The notes: generated by a model not told the origin, from the sequence alone. 64,000 nucleotides of DNA from Geopsychrobacteraceae bacterium (GCA_963662315.1 OY759353.1:896001-960000); one strand, 5' to 3'. Shown: positions 20,095 to 30,147, numbered from the stretch's first letter. Numbers and translations: made by a program.

Positions 20095-21159
20095 TCAGGA
20101 AGGAATAAAAGAAGAATTTTTATCAATAGCGCGGATAACTTCTGTTATCAGCTGAATTGTATATTCAAGATCGCTCAATGCCAGGGTTTCTACTGGTGTA
20201 TGCATGTAACGCAAGGGAATGGTCACCAACCCGGTCGCAACCCCGTCACGTGACAACTGCATCACATTAGCGTCATTTCCTGCGCCGCGAGGAACACCAA
20301 TAACCTGGTAGGGAATATCATGCTTTTTAGCCGTTGCTACAATCAGCTCAAAAAGCACCGGGTTGATATTAGCGCCACGGGGAATAACCGGCCCCTTACC
20401 CAGATCAACCCGTCCGATGTTGGACGGATCAACATCAGGGTAATCGGTAGCATGTGTGACTTCGACAACAATACCAACATCAGGATTGACACCATAGCTG
20501 CTGGTTGTTGCACCGCGCAGTCCGATCTCTTCCTGGACAGTTGAGACACTATATAGATCCGCAGCAATTTTGCCGCCGCGCTGAATTTCTTTCATCACCT
20601 CCGTGACAACAAACGCTCCGGCCTTATCGTCAAATGCGCGCGATGTCATCCGATCACCCTGCAGTGCCTGGACCCCGATTGATAAAGTGACCGGGTCGCC
20701 GATATCAATCAGCCTCTCGGCTTCTTCACGACTGCTGACCCCAATATCGATGAACTGCTTGTCCAGCTTGATGACTGAATCACGATCCTTGGGTTCAATA
20801 AGATGAATAGCTTTCTTGCCGACAATACCTGGGACAACGCCATCTTTAGCATGTATAGAAATTCTCTGACCTGGGGAAAGGTGAGGATCGACGCCTCCGA
20901 TAGAACCAAAATAAATGAACCCGCGATCATCTATGTAGCGAACCATGAAACCGATCTCGTCACAATGTCCAGCCAGCATAACCCGCGGACCACCAGTTCC
21001 GGCAATGGAAGCGATCAGGTTGCCCATGACATCGGTACGCAGGTTATCGGCTATGGACTCTAACTGCCGACGAATAACTCTTTGAGCTGGCTGTTCATAA
21101 CCAGACGGACTCGCTGTTTCAACCAGCGTCTTGAGAAATTCATATTTATCAGCATCCAT
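20095..21159 (-). CDS. M42 family metalloaminopeptidase
   Basis: SPSGYE, AGHCDEIG, RAFDDK, VQEEIGLRGA, PLRYMHTP. Confidence 0.92.
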   Translation of the reverse strand: MDADKYEFLKTLVETASPSGYEQPAQRVIRRQLESIADNLRTDVMGNLIASIAGTGGPRVMLAGHCDEIGFMVRYIDDRGFIYFGSIGGVDPHLSPGQRISIHAKDGVVPGIVGKKAIHLIEPKDRDSVIKLDKQFIDIGVSSREEAERLIDIGDPVTLSIGVQALQGDRMTSRAFDDKAGAFVVTEVMKEIQRGGKIAADLYSVSTVQEEIGLRGATTSSYGVNPDVGIVVEVTHATDYPDVDPSNIGRVDLGKGPVIPRGANINPVLFELIVATAKKHDIPYQVIGVPRGAGNDANVMQLSRDGVATGLVTIPLRYMHTPVETLALSDLEYTIQLITEVIRAIDKNSSFIPS

Positions 21160-21161
21160 AC

Positions 21162-21815
21162 TCAGCGTCCTTTGGCCCGGGTAACCAGCTCAAGTGAATT
21201 CTTCCGAGCCTGCTGATATTGCTCTTCCGTCATACCGGCCCCCAGGGCAATCTGCCTGGCCATATCTTCAGAGACCAGATCTCCAGGAGCATGAGCATCG
21301 TTATTAATAACCAATTTAGCCCCATATTCAATAGCCAGTTTGGCAACGTGACCATTAGTCAGAGAGTGCCCCTTACGCGTGGTAATTTCGAGACACACCC
21401 CCATTGCGACAGCAAGCTGCACTTCTTCGGCTGTAATCAAACCGGGGTGGGCGAGAATATCAACTCCGGCTTCAATTGCGGCACGATTCGTCCCAGGAAT
21501 AACCGGTTCGACAATGGTTTCGCCGTGAACCACGACGAGTTCAGCACCGTTATCACGCGCCAGCTGCGCCACGGCGGCAATGTTTTTGGGCGGAACATGA
21601 GTCAATTCGACCCCGGCCAGGACATCCATCCCGTTAGCTTCACCAAGCTCATCAACAACACCAACGATACTGGACAGCAAAAATGCCGTGTTGGTACGAT
21701 CGGCATGGTCAGTAATCGCCAGAGCCTTATAACCGGCGTGTGCTGCGCGACGGACCAGTTCGGCAGGAACCAGTTCACCATCACTGAAAAAAGTATGAGT
21801 ATGCAAGTCGATCAT
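21162..21815 (-). CDS. PHP-domain phosphoesterase (histidinol-phosphatase-like)
   Basis: DLHTHTFFSDG, ITDH, GVELTH, HGET, AHPG, NNDAH. Confidence 0.9.
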   Translation of the reverse strand: MIDLHTHTFFSDGELVPAELVRRAAHAGYKALAITDHADRTNTAFLLSSIVGVVDELGEANGMDVLAGVELTHVPPKNIAAVAQLARDNGAELVVVHGETIVEPVIPGTNRAAIEAGVDILAHPGLITAEEVQLAVAMGVCLEITTRKGHSLTNGHVAKLAIEYGAKLVINNDAHAPGDLVSEDMARQIALGAGMTEEQYQQARKNSLELVTRAKGR

Positions 21816-21819
21816 TTAA

Positions 21820-23154
21820 TTAATCTCCATCAGTCTGAACCAGTTCACCCAGGTGGGAGTTCCTGAATGAGTTGACAATTTTCACCGGAACAATTTGTCC
21901 TACCAACTCAGCAGAACCAGAAAAATTAACAATCCGGTTCCAGGTGGTACGACCAAACAACTGCCCTTCCCCCTGTTTGCTTTCTCCCTCAACCAGAACG
22001 TCCTGAATCTGACCAACATCAGTCTGCCAGATTTCCGCACTGATCTGTTGCTGCAACGCAACAAGGCGCTCAAAGCGTTCCTGGATCTGCGCTGCACTGG
22101 AAGTACTCGCCATACTCGCAGCAGCAGTTTCGACCCTTGGAGAATAGAGGAAGGTATATGCATCAGCATAGCGAACCGCTCTGACCATATCAAGAGTTGC
22201 AAGGAAATCCTCCTCACACTCGCGAGGAAAGCCGACAATAATGTCGCTGGTAAAGCGAATATCAGGACAAGCCTGCTTCAGTCTGGTCACCTTATCGAGA
22301 TAATCAGCAGCGGTGTAATGTCGGTTCATAAGTTCAAGAATAGAATCAGATCCACACTGCACCGGCAGATGCATATGCTTGCACAGCTTGTTGAGAGTTG
22401 CGAAACAGCTGATCAGCTCTTCGGTCAGATCCTTGGGATGAGATGTCGCAAACCGCAAGCGTTCCAACCCTTCTATATCATTAACTTTTCGCAGCAGATC
22501 AGCAAAAGACACTTCGGCAGGGTCGTTAATGCCGTAGGAATTGACGTTTTGGCCAAGCAGTGTAACCTCTTTAACCCCCTGCGCGACCAGTGATTTGATT
22601 TCATCAATGATTTCACCACTGGGACGACTAATTTCCCGTCCGCGCACATGAGGAACAATGCAATAAGAACAGAAATTGTCACACCCCTGCATAATGGTCA
22701 CAAAGCGGGTAACCCCTTCTTTGTGGGAACGTTCGGGAAACAGATTCAGACGTGTTTCGCGATCATGGAAGTTGGTTTCGCTGCCACGCTTTCGACTATT
22801 TTCAACCTGTTGTACCAATTCGGGTAATTTATGGATATTATGGGTCCCGAACACAATATCAAGGTACGGAACCTTTTCCAGCATGCGCTCACCTTCCTGC
22901 TGAGCAACACACCCGCCAACGGCGATAATCAGATCAGGCCGCTGGTCCTTAATGGGTTTAAAACGACCCAGGTGACCATAAACCTTACGTTCAGCCTTAT
23001 CGCGCACGGAACAGGTATTAAGTAAAACCAGATCGGCCTCATCAGCAGACTCAACTTGAATATAGCCAAGGCCATTAAGCAGATCAACAATCTGCTCAGA
23101 ATCGACAACGTTCATCTGGCAACCAAAAGTTTCAAGATAAAAAGCTCTATTCAT
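21820..23154 (-). CDS. miaB: tRNA i6A37 methylthiotransferase MiaB
   Basis: TFGCQMNVVDSE, NTCSVRDKAE, GGCVAQ, GCDNFCSYC, TSHPKD, TRAM C-terminus. Confidence 0.95.
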   Translation of the reverse strand: MNRAFYLETFGCQMNVVDSEQIVDLLNGLGYIQVESADEADLVLLNTCSVRDKAERKVYGHLGRFKPIKDQRPDLIIAVGGCVAQQEGERMLEKVPYLDIVFGTHNIHKLPELVQQVENSRKRGSETNFHDRETRLNLFPERSHKEGVTRFVTIMQGCDNFCSYCIVPHVRGREISRPSGEIIDEIKSLVAQGVKEVTLLGQNVNSYGINDPAEVSFADLLRKVNDIEGLERLRFATSHPKDLTEELISCFATLNKLCKHMHLPVQCGSDSILELMNRHYTAADYLDKVTRLKQACPDIRFTSDIIVGFPRECEEDFLATLDMVRAVRYADAYTFLYSPRVETAAASMASTSSAAQIQERFERLVALQQQISAEIWQTDVGQIQDVLVEGESKQGEGQLFGRTTWNRIVNFSGSAELVGQIVPVKIVNSFRNSHLGELVQTDGD

Positions 23155-23232
23155 CAATTTTCCGTTTTTTTAGGAATAATATTCAAGGATAACAAGTTGG
23201 AGGCGCATAATAACGACACGGCAACAGTCAAG

Positions 23233-23754
23233 TCAAACAGATTCCCGAGTAGCCAGGTCATCAATAACGGGAAGACAGGCAATAAAATTTTCAGGATGTT
23301 CCAGGCATTCTAACACAACGAAAGGTTTATCTGAAAATTTGAGCCGAAAACTGATCTGCATTTTACCATAGCGGCGCTGCTGAACCCCTTGCAATTCAAG
23401 CAACGGATAACTCTGTATCCGGGTAGACAGAAGACCACTGCGGACCAACAGCCGCTGATTGGAAACAGCATAAAAAATATGCTCCCAGCGCAAGCGTGCA
23501 GCCAGAATATATCCGGGACCGATGCAGAATGAGACGAGAATCAGCAGCGCAGGGACGGCAAGCAACCACAGGCTGTAATGCTGGGCAATAACCAGATGGT
23601 ACCCGACCATCAACCAGAAACTACTGGCTAAAAAAATTAAAGTCCCCACTAAAGCCTGTAACCAATGGCGAAAAACATAACACCTGGGAGCTGGCCTCCC
23701 CTGCCATAAAAGATTTTCACCTTGCTGCAGCGACCACTCGAGAACCTTTCTCAT
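23233..23754 (-). CDS. Membrane protein with bacterial PH-like domain
   Basis: GENLLWQGRP, two TM helices, YAVSNQRLLVRSG; ATGA-coupled to the upstream gene. Confidence 0.65.
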   Translation of the reverse strand: MRKVLEWSLQQGENLLWQGRPAPRCYVFRHWLQALVGTLIFLASSFWLMVGYHLVIAQHYSLWLLAVPALLILVSFCIGPGYILAARLRWEHIFYAVSNQRLLVRSGLLSTRIQSYPLLELQGVQQRRYGKMQISFRLKFSDKPFVVLECLEHPENFIACLPVIDDLATRESV

Positions 23755-25046
23755 TGGGGCAACTCACGCAGCCTTGCTGCAGCCGCCTGCCCCAATGGTC
23801 CGGAACTGTCAGCCTGGTAAACGGTTTCATAAAGTCGGCGGGCTTTGACATTATCCTTGCGGCCAGCTTCCGAATCAGCAAGCAACAAGGTTCCTTGCAA
23901 AGTAGGCAACAACGCTAAAGAAGCTTCCAGTTCAGTTGCAGCGTCGTTAAAATTTTTCCCTTGCAGATAAATATAACCAAGCCCCAGATGAGACTGATAG
24001 AAATTTTTGTCAACCTGTAAGGCCTTCAAAAAATAACGCCTTGCGGGAATAATATCTTCGTTTCGTAAATAGGCCATACCCAGTGCGGACAGCAACAAAC
24101 TTTGGTCCGGTGCAAGCTGTACAGCTTTATGATAAGTCTTAATCGCTGTATCATATTGTTTTTCGGACTCATACTGCCGAGCCTGATCGAAAAGGGCGTA
24201 AGCCTCGCGGGTTGCATGAAGTGAAGTCATATGTCGGGCGTAGTTGGCCGCAGCCAGGCCTTCAGAGCTTGAATATCCTGCATATTCGTTAGCAATAATA
24301 CGTTGATTCTCAGCAAGGCGTGCGGCTGATACAGGGTGGGTTCGAAGCAGACCGCTCACCCAGTTATTATCCTGTCCGGCGTCCAATTTGTTGACAAACA
24401 TCTGCTGCAACTGGACGGCGCCGTTAAGAGCATAATGCCCCCTGGCCATATATTCGATACCAAGGCGATCAGCTTCATATTCCTGTTCGCGGCTATAGCG
24501 TTTGCTGACCAGGTTCGCGGTCAGATTTGCAGCCTGAGCCAGCAGTGGACCATAATCCGTCTTTCCGGCCAGGGTCCCTAACATTGACACCGTTGTTCCC
24601 ATGATCGCAGACCGTTGCATTTCCTGAACACTGTGACGGGCCGTGACATGACCGATTTCATGCCCTAGAACGGCTGCCAGCTGTGCTTCATTGTCAATAT
24701 TGATCAAAAGACCACGGGTAATCGCAATAAACCCTCCGGGCAAAGCGAAAGCATTAGGGGTTGAGTCATTAACGACTTTAAATTCATATTTCAGATTGGG
24801 TCGATGACTGTGTCTGGCAAGGCGCTGCCCGACATCATCAATGTACTGGTTCAAATCACGATCAGTGTAAATACCACCCATCTGTTGCAATGCTTGCTGG
24901 TAAGATGATTTACCTAGGGAGACTTCCTCCTGTTCACTGATATTCATTACCGCAAGCTCATTACGTCCGGTAACCGGATTCACTGCGCAACCACTTAAAC
25001 AAACACAAATCAACAATAATAATAGAATAGGTAATTTACGTATCAC
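23751..25046 (-). CDS. M48 family metalloprotease lipoprotein with TPR repeats (BepA/LoiP-like)
   Basis: Lipobox LSGC, NAFALPGG, HEIGH, YSREQEYEAD, THP, C-terminal TPRs. Confidence 0.92.
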   Translation of the reverse strand: MIRKLPILLLLLICVCLSGCAVNPVTGRNELAVMNISEQEEVSLGKSSYQQALQQMGGIYTDRDLNQYIDDVGQRLARHSHRPNLKYEFKVVNDSTPNAFALPGGFIAITRGLLINIDNEAQLAAVLGHEIGHVTARHSVQEMQRSAIMGTTVSMLGTLAGKTDYGPLLAQAANLTANLVSKRYSREQEYEADRLGIEYMARGHYALNGAVQLQQMFVNKLDAGQDNNWVSGLLRTHPVSAARLAENQRIIANEYAGYSSSEGLAAANYARHMTSLHATREAYALFDQARQYESEKQYDTAIKTYHKAVQLAPDQSLLLSALGMAYLRNEDIIPARRYFLKALQVDKNFYQSHLGLGYIYLQGKNFNDAATELEASLALLPTLQGTLLLADSEAGRKDNVKARRLYETVYQADSSGPLGQAAAARLRELPQ

Positions 25047-25189
25047 GACATATCCCCGTCAAAGCAACGAATTGCCAATAGAAAGCGAAATTTCTTTGAA
25101 AGTTATTGCATGGAGTTTTAGCACCAACTATAAAGGAACCAGCTCTTTTACAACAATCGATTCTTATCCCAAATACTTATGGAGTACCA

Positions 25190-25741
25190 ATGTTAACGGA
25201 AAACGATGGCAAGACCCTGATTGCCATAGCAAGAGAAGCAATTCAACATTGTGTAAAGAACCAACCATACCATTGTCAGCCGCGTGAAGAAAAGGCACTT
25301 AACAAAAGATCCGGCTGCTTTGTCACAATCAAAAAAAACGGACAGCTGCGCGGCTGCATCGGAAATTTTCAGGGACGTGAACCGCTTTTTAAAGATGTTG
25401 TGAGCATGGCGGTTGCATCGGCAACCCAAGATCCACGCTTTTCCCCCATGTCCTGTGACGAATTGGACCATTTCAATCTTGAAATAACCGTACTGTCCCC
25501 CCTGAAAAAGATTGAATATATCTCGGTCATTGAAATCGGCGAGCATGGCATTTACATTGAGAAGAATTTCCATCGTGGTGTTCTCCTGCCACAAGTTGCG
25601 ACAGACCATGGCTGGGACCGCGAAACGTTTCTCAATCAGACCTGCGCCAAAGCGGGACTCCCAACGGATGCATGGCGCAGCCCTGATGCAGATATCTACA
25701 TTTTTACTGGCCAGATCATTAGCGAAGAGCCCAATAATTAA
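25190..25741 (+). CDS. amrA: AMMECR1-domain protein (AmmeMemoRadiSam system protein A)
   Basis: GCFVTI, LRGCIG, DPRF, EITVLS, GVLLPQVA, CAKAGL. ATG 25190 after GGAG. Confidence 0.9.
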   Translation: MLTENDGKTLIAIAREAIQHCVKNQPYHCQPREEKALNKRSGCFVTIKKNGQLRGCIGNFQGREPLFKDVVSMAVASATQDPRFSPMSCDELDHFNLEITVLSPLKKIEYISVIEIGEHGIYIEKNFHRGVLLPQVATDHGWDRETFLNQTCAKAGLPTDAWRSPDADIYIFTGQIISEEPNN

Positions 25742-25758
25742 GGAAGAAATCCTCACTT

Positions 25759-26499
25759 ATGAGTCACATATCAATAGAACTTGTCCCCCGATCCGAAAAA
25801 GCTCTGCAAGAGGAGTTACAACAAGTCAAAGACAACTTTCCCCAGGTGGAAATGATTAATATTCCCGACATTTTGCGCTTCAGCATAAGAAGCTGGGAAG
25901 GTTGCCACATAGCGAGTAATCTTTTTAATAAGACCATTCCCCATTTGCGTGCTATCGATTTTGATCCCAATGCACCATTACCGATTATCGATCATTTACA
26001 TCATAAGTCTATTGAGGCCGTCCTGGTGATAAGCGGGGACCCACCACAAGATATGAGCCATAAATGCTACCGGACCAACAGCCTGGAAATGATTCGACGG
26101 CTCAAACGCGAACTGCCCGGAGTAAAGCTCTATGCCGGTCTTGATCAGTATCGCAGCAGCATAAAAGAAGAAATCGATTATGTAAAAGCCAAGCGTGACG
26201 CTGGCGCTGATGCCTTTTTTACCCAACCTTTTTTTGATATTCGCCTGATGGACATTTACCAGGGGCTATTGCCTGATGTGAATATTTTCTGGGGGGTTTC
26301 TCCGGTTTTAACTGAAAACAGTCAAAACTATTGGGAAAACAAAAACAACGCCGTATTTCCGCCAGACTTTGAACCAACGATGAAATGGAACCGGATTTTT
26401 GCCCGGCAAGCTGTTGAATTTGCCAGAGAGCACAATAACAATATTTATTTCATGCCAATCAGAACCGATCTTAGGGAATACCTTGGGGGAATTCTTTAA
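25759..26499 (+). CDS. metF: Methylenetetrahydrofolate reductase family protein (short form)
   Basis: SIELVPR, IPHLRAID, LVISGDPP, KRDAGADAFFTQPFFD; adjacent to the metH genes. Confidence 0.8.
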   Translation: MSHISIELVPRSEKALQEELQQVKDNFPQVEMINIPDILRFSIRSWEGCHIASNLFNKTIPHLRAIDFDPNAPLPIIDHLHHKSIEAVLVISGDPPQDMSHKCYRTNSLEMIRRLKRELPGVKLYAGLDQYRSSIKEEIDYVKAKRDAGADAFFTQPFFDIRLMDIYQGLLPDVNIFWGVSPVLTENSQNYWENKNNAVFPPDFEPTMKWNRIFARQAVEFAREHNNNIYFMPIRTDLREYLGGIL

Positions 26500-26571
26500 G
26501 ATCGGATGTCAGACTTCATTCTTTTCAAAACCCGCAGCTTCAGGATAGGCCGGGCTGTGAGATTGAGATAC

Positions 26572-26617
26572 GATTAACAAAAAAGCCCCTCACAAATGAG
26601 GGGCTTTTTTGTTAATC
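26572..26617. terminator. Bidirectional intrinsic terminator between metF and rubredoxin/metH
   Basis: GATTAACAAAAAAGCCCCTCA-CAAA-TGAGGGGCTTTTTTGTTAATC, a perfect inverted repeat with T tracts on both strands. Confidence 0.9.
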
Positions 26618-26770
26618 AAGGGGATCAAACTTATCACGATCCGCATAGCACAAGGGACAAACCCAGCTATCGGGGAGGTCATTAAACGCCACCCCTGGCT
26701 CGACCTGATTCATTTCATCCCCTTTGTCCGGATCATAAACATAACCACAGCAGGTACAGATGTAACGCAT
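26612..26770 (-). CDS. Rubredoxin (52 aa; missed by ORF track)
   Basis: Hand translation MRYICTCCGYVYDPDKGDEMNQVEPGVAFNDLPDSWVCPLCYADRDKFDPLD. AGGAGG RBS 4 nt before ATG; rubredoxin CxxCGY...WxCPxC. Confidence 0.93.
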   Translation of the reverse strand: MRYICTCCGYVYDPDKGDEMNQVEPGVAFNDLPDSWVCPLCYADRDKFDPLD

Positions 26771-26794
26771 AAGACCTCCTCTATTCACACCACT

Positions 26795-29224
26795 TTAAAC
26801 AGCAAAATACTTGGCCTGCGGATGGTGAGCAACAATGGCAGAAGTACTCATTTCAGGAACCATTTCGAAAGATTCTGTCAACCCGACCCCAATCTCCTGC
26901 GGCTCAAGCAGTTCAAATAATGGGATGTGAGCACCCAGATCAGGGCATGACGGATAACCGAAGCCAAAGCGTGACCCCCGGTAACCTTGCGCAACATAAG
27001 CGGCCATATCAACAACACCTTCCTTAATTCCCATTTCAACCCGCATCTGTTCATGCCAGAATTCAGCCAGAGCATCAGTCAATTCGACCCCAAGTCCATG
27101 CAGCATCAGATAATCGTGATAACTGTTCTGCTGGTACAGCTCTTTCGTTTTTTCGGCCAGTGTCGCACCAATGGTCACAACAAAAAATCCGGCGATATCA
27201 CCGCCCTCTTCCTGGCTACGGAAATAATCCGAGATACACAGGCCGGGAGCATTCTGCTGCCGCGGAAAGCCGAACACCTTATCACCTGCTTCACTGCGAA
27301 TAACAAGCTCATTCCCCTGACTGAAACAGTTAAAGTATCCATAGGCAACCTGGGGAGTCAACCAGCCTTCTTCAATCGCCTGAGCTTTCAAGCGCTGGTA
27401 AAGAGGCAGAACGGTATTCTGGTAAAGTTCATCGTACTCTTGCTTGGCCATTTTTCCACGGCGATAACCCCAACGGCCCCTGAATAGTGCGGCCTCGTTC
27501 AGATAATCAAAAAGTTTTTCGACAGGCACATCCTTGACAATGCGCCGTCCAACAAAAGGCACCTGAGGGGGATTAAACGAACGATCAAGGACCTCCTGTT
27601 GAGGGCCCGGTCGATTCATGGCGACACTCGCCTCCTGCCAGTCGGTAGACACCAGCTGACCGGCTTCGAATTCGCGAATCGCCTTCAGACCGGCAAAGGC
27701 GTCAGCACAATAAACGACCGGTTTTGAATAATTGGGTACACAATCCTGAGCAACAAATTTTCCGGTCAGCGCAGCGCCCCCCAACAGCACCGGTTGGGTC
27801 AGCCCAGCCCCTTCGAACTGATTCAGATTATCCTTCATCAACAAGGCAGATTTCACCAGCAGTCCGGAAAGCCCGATAACATCGACATTCAACTCTTTCG
27901 CCTTGGCAATAATCTCTTCTGCCGGGACCTTAATGCCGATATTGTAGACTTTATAACCATTATTACTCAGGATAATATCGACCAGATTCTTACCAATATC
28001 GTGAACATCTCCGGCGACAGTGGCAAGCAAAACAGAGGTGCGCCCCTCGTCCGATAATTTTTCCATGAAAGGTTCAAGCAATGAAACACTCTGCTTCATG
28101 ACCTCGGCGGACTGGAGAACAAACGGCAGCAACAATTCGCCCCGTCCAAACAACTCACCAACTTCGCGCATGGCCGGAACCAGCAGGTTGTTTATAATAT
28201 TCAGTGGCTGCCAGCGTCCGCGTAAACTGGTCAGCAGATCTTCCAGCCCATCCTTGTCCCCTTTCAGGACTTTCTGGCGCAACGCCTCTTCGAGGAGCAC
28301 GGCCTCACCCTGATTGTCATCAGTACTGTCGACGGCCTGCTCAAAATGCTCAATAAAGCGCATCAGCGCATCAGCATCACTGTTATACAGCAAATCCATG
28401 CAGACCTTGCGGTCTTCTTCACTGATAGCCGCATAAGGCAACACCTTGGCGGCATCCACAATCGCCGTATTCAGACCCGCCTCAACAGCCTGATGCAGAA
28501 ACACAGAATTGAGCACTTTCCGCGCTGCCGGACGTAGACCAAAACTGATATTGCTGACCCCAAGGGTAAACCCGACACCAGGCAGCTCCTCTTTGACCTG
28601 TTTGATCGCTTCCAGGGTCTCAATGGCAGCGTCACGCATGCTCTCGTCACCAGAACCCACGGTAAAAGTCAGCAGATCGAACAACAAATCCTGGGGGCGC
28701 AAACCATAAGTATGCACAGCAAGATCATAGATCTGCTTTGCAACAGCAACCTTCTTTTCACAGGTGAGCGCCATACCCTCCAGACTGATGGTCAACGCGA
28801 CAACAGCAGCTCCGTACTTTTTAGCCAGCTTACAAATCCGCTCAAGGTTGGCACCACCATCTTCCAGGTTGATCGAATTGATAATAGCCCGCCCCGGATA
28901 TAGCGGTAAAACGGCTTCCAAGGTGTCCGGACTGGTTGAATCAAACATCAGCGGCGCCTTGCAGGAACCGGCATACAGTTTAGTCAAGTGAATCATGTCT
29001 GCAAGCTCATCGCGGCCGGCATAGGCAACACACAAGTCGATCACCTGGGCGCCACGCCCTTCCTGATCGAGGGCGATCTTCAGACAGGCATCCCAATCTT
29101 CGGCCAGAAGAGCTTCACGAAAAGCCTTGGACCCATTAGGGTTACAACGCTCACCTATCAACAGTGGCGGTATATCCTGATGCAATTCTACAGCCTGATA
29201 AAGACTGGCAACCGATGCTTTCAT
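26795..29224 (-). CDS. metH: B12-dependent methionine synthase, C-terminal part (pterin-binding, cap, cobalamin-binding, reactivation domains)
   Basis: IGERCNPNGS, INSINLEDG, GVSNISFG, LPFVLQSAEVM, GDVHDIGKNLV (DxHxxG), RFGFGYPSCPDL. Confidence 0.92.
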   Translation of the reverse strand: MKASVASLYQAVELHQDIPPLLIGERCNPNGSKAFREALLAEDWDACLKIALDQEGRGAQVIDLCVAYAGRDELADMIHLTKLYAGSCKAPLMFDSTSPDTLEAVLPLYPGRAIINSINLEDGGANLERICKLAKKYGAAVVALTISLEGMALTCEKKVAVAKQIYDLAVHTYGLRPQDLLFDLLTFTVGSGDESMRDAAIETLEAIKQVKEELPGVGFTLGVSNISFGLRPAARKVLNSVFLHQAVEAGLNTAIVDAAKVLPYAAISEEDRKVCMDLLYNSDADALMRFIEHFEQAVDSTDDNQGEAVLLEEALRQKVLKGDKDGLEDLLTSLRGRWQPLNIINNLLVPAMREVGELFGRGELLLPFVLQSAEVMKQSVSLLEPFMEKLSDEGRTSVLLATVAGDVHDIGKNLVDIILSNNGYKVYNIGIKVPAEEIIAKAKELNVDVIGLSGLLVKSALLMKDNLNQFEGAGLTQPVLLGGAALTGKFVAQDCVPNYSKPVVYCADAFAGLKAIREFEAGQLVSTDWQEASVAMNRPGPQQEVLDRSFNPPQVPFVGRRIVKDVPVEKLFDYLNEAALFRGRWGYRRGKMAKQEYDELYQNTVLPLYQRLKAQAIEEGWLTPQVAYGYFNCFSQGNELVIRSEAGDKVFGFPRQQNAPGLCISDYFRSQEEGGDIAGFFVVTIGATLAEKTKELYQQNSYHDYLMLHGLGVELTDALAEFWHEQMRVEMGIKEGVVDMAAYVAQGYRGSRFGFGYPSCPDLGAHIPLFELLEPQEIGVGLTESFEMVPEMSTSAIVAHHPQAKYFAV

Positions 29225-30147
29225 ATCGCGACCTCCCGAACTTTTGGACTGGCACCTTCCAGGCGTTTGACCAGCGCCTCAATATGAGCAGGACTGGTTC
29301 CGCAACACCCGCCGACAATACTGACCCCAAGCTCAGTAACAAAGCGATACATCTGGTCGGCGTAGGCGTCAGGAGACAAAGGATAGCAAGTCTGGCCATT
29401 AACGACTTCAGGCAGTCCTTGATTGGGGATGACTGAAATCCGGTACGGCCAATTCTGACTAAGATAATTAATGTGGGAAAGCATGTCCTGAGGACCGGTG
29501 GCACAATTCATTCCGAGGGAAAAGACCGGAAACGGTTCAAGGGTAGCGACAACGGCAGTAATATCCGACCCGACCAGCATCGTCCCCTGTTGCTCGATGG
29601 TTACTGACACCATAACCGGAAGATTCAACCCGCTGGTTTCAAGTTTTTCAAAAACGGTCACCAGGGCCGTTTTGGTCTGGAGCAGATCCTGACAGGTTTC
29701 GACAATCAGGCAATCGACACCTGCATCCAGCAGAGCTTCCACCTGAGCTGCCGTTGCAGTGGCCAGGTCAGCCACAGGGATGTGCCCAAGGGACGGCAAC
29801 TTGGTGCCAGGACCAACGGAACCGGCAATATATTTATTCTGCCGGGTACCGATTGCCTGACGGGCTAATTGGACAGCCTGAGTGTTAATCTCACGAACCT
29901 TGTCCTGCAGCCCGTATTCGGCAAGCACAATACTTGAGGCTCCAAAAGTGTTTGTTTCAACAACCATTGCCCCGGCATCGAGCATTTGCTGATGCAGTGC
30001 CACGATATGGTGAGGCGCAGAGATATTGAGAATTTCATTACACCCCTCACAACCCGCCCAGTCAGAATCCGTGATATTCATCAGCTGCAGATTGGTACCA
30101 CAGGCGCCATCAAAAATAAGCAGTGGTTGCTCAGAAAATTTCTTCAT
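29221..30147 (-). CDS. metH: Homocysteine S-methyltransferase domain protein (N-terminal module of split MetH)
   Basis: FDGACGTNLQ, ETNTFG, GSVGPG, ETCQD, MNCATGP and GGCCGT Zn ligands. Confidence 0.92.
   Translation of the reverse strand: MKKFSEQPLLIFDGACGTNLQLMNITDSDWAGCEGCNEILNISAPHHIVALHQQMLDAGAMVVETNTFGASSIVLAEYGLQDKVREINTQAVQLARQAIGTRQNKYIAGSVGPGTKLPSLGHIPVADLATATAAQVEALLDAGVDCLIVETCQDLLQTKTALVTVFEKLETSGLNLPVMVSVTIEQQGTMLVGSDITAVVATLEPFPVFSLGMNCATGPQDMLSHINYLSQNWPYRISVIPNQGLPEVVNGQTCYPLSPDAYADQMYRFVTELGVSIVGGCCGTSPAHIEALVKRLEGASPKVREVAI

Noticed and set aside
29221..29224. metH as a frameshifted pseudogene
   Set aside because: The break is at a domain boundary with an ATGA overlap and a good RBS, and all catalytic motifs are intact.
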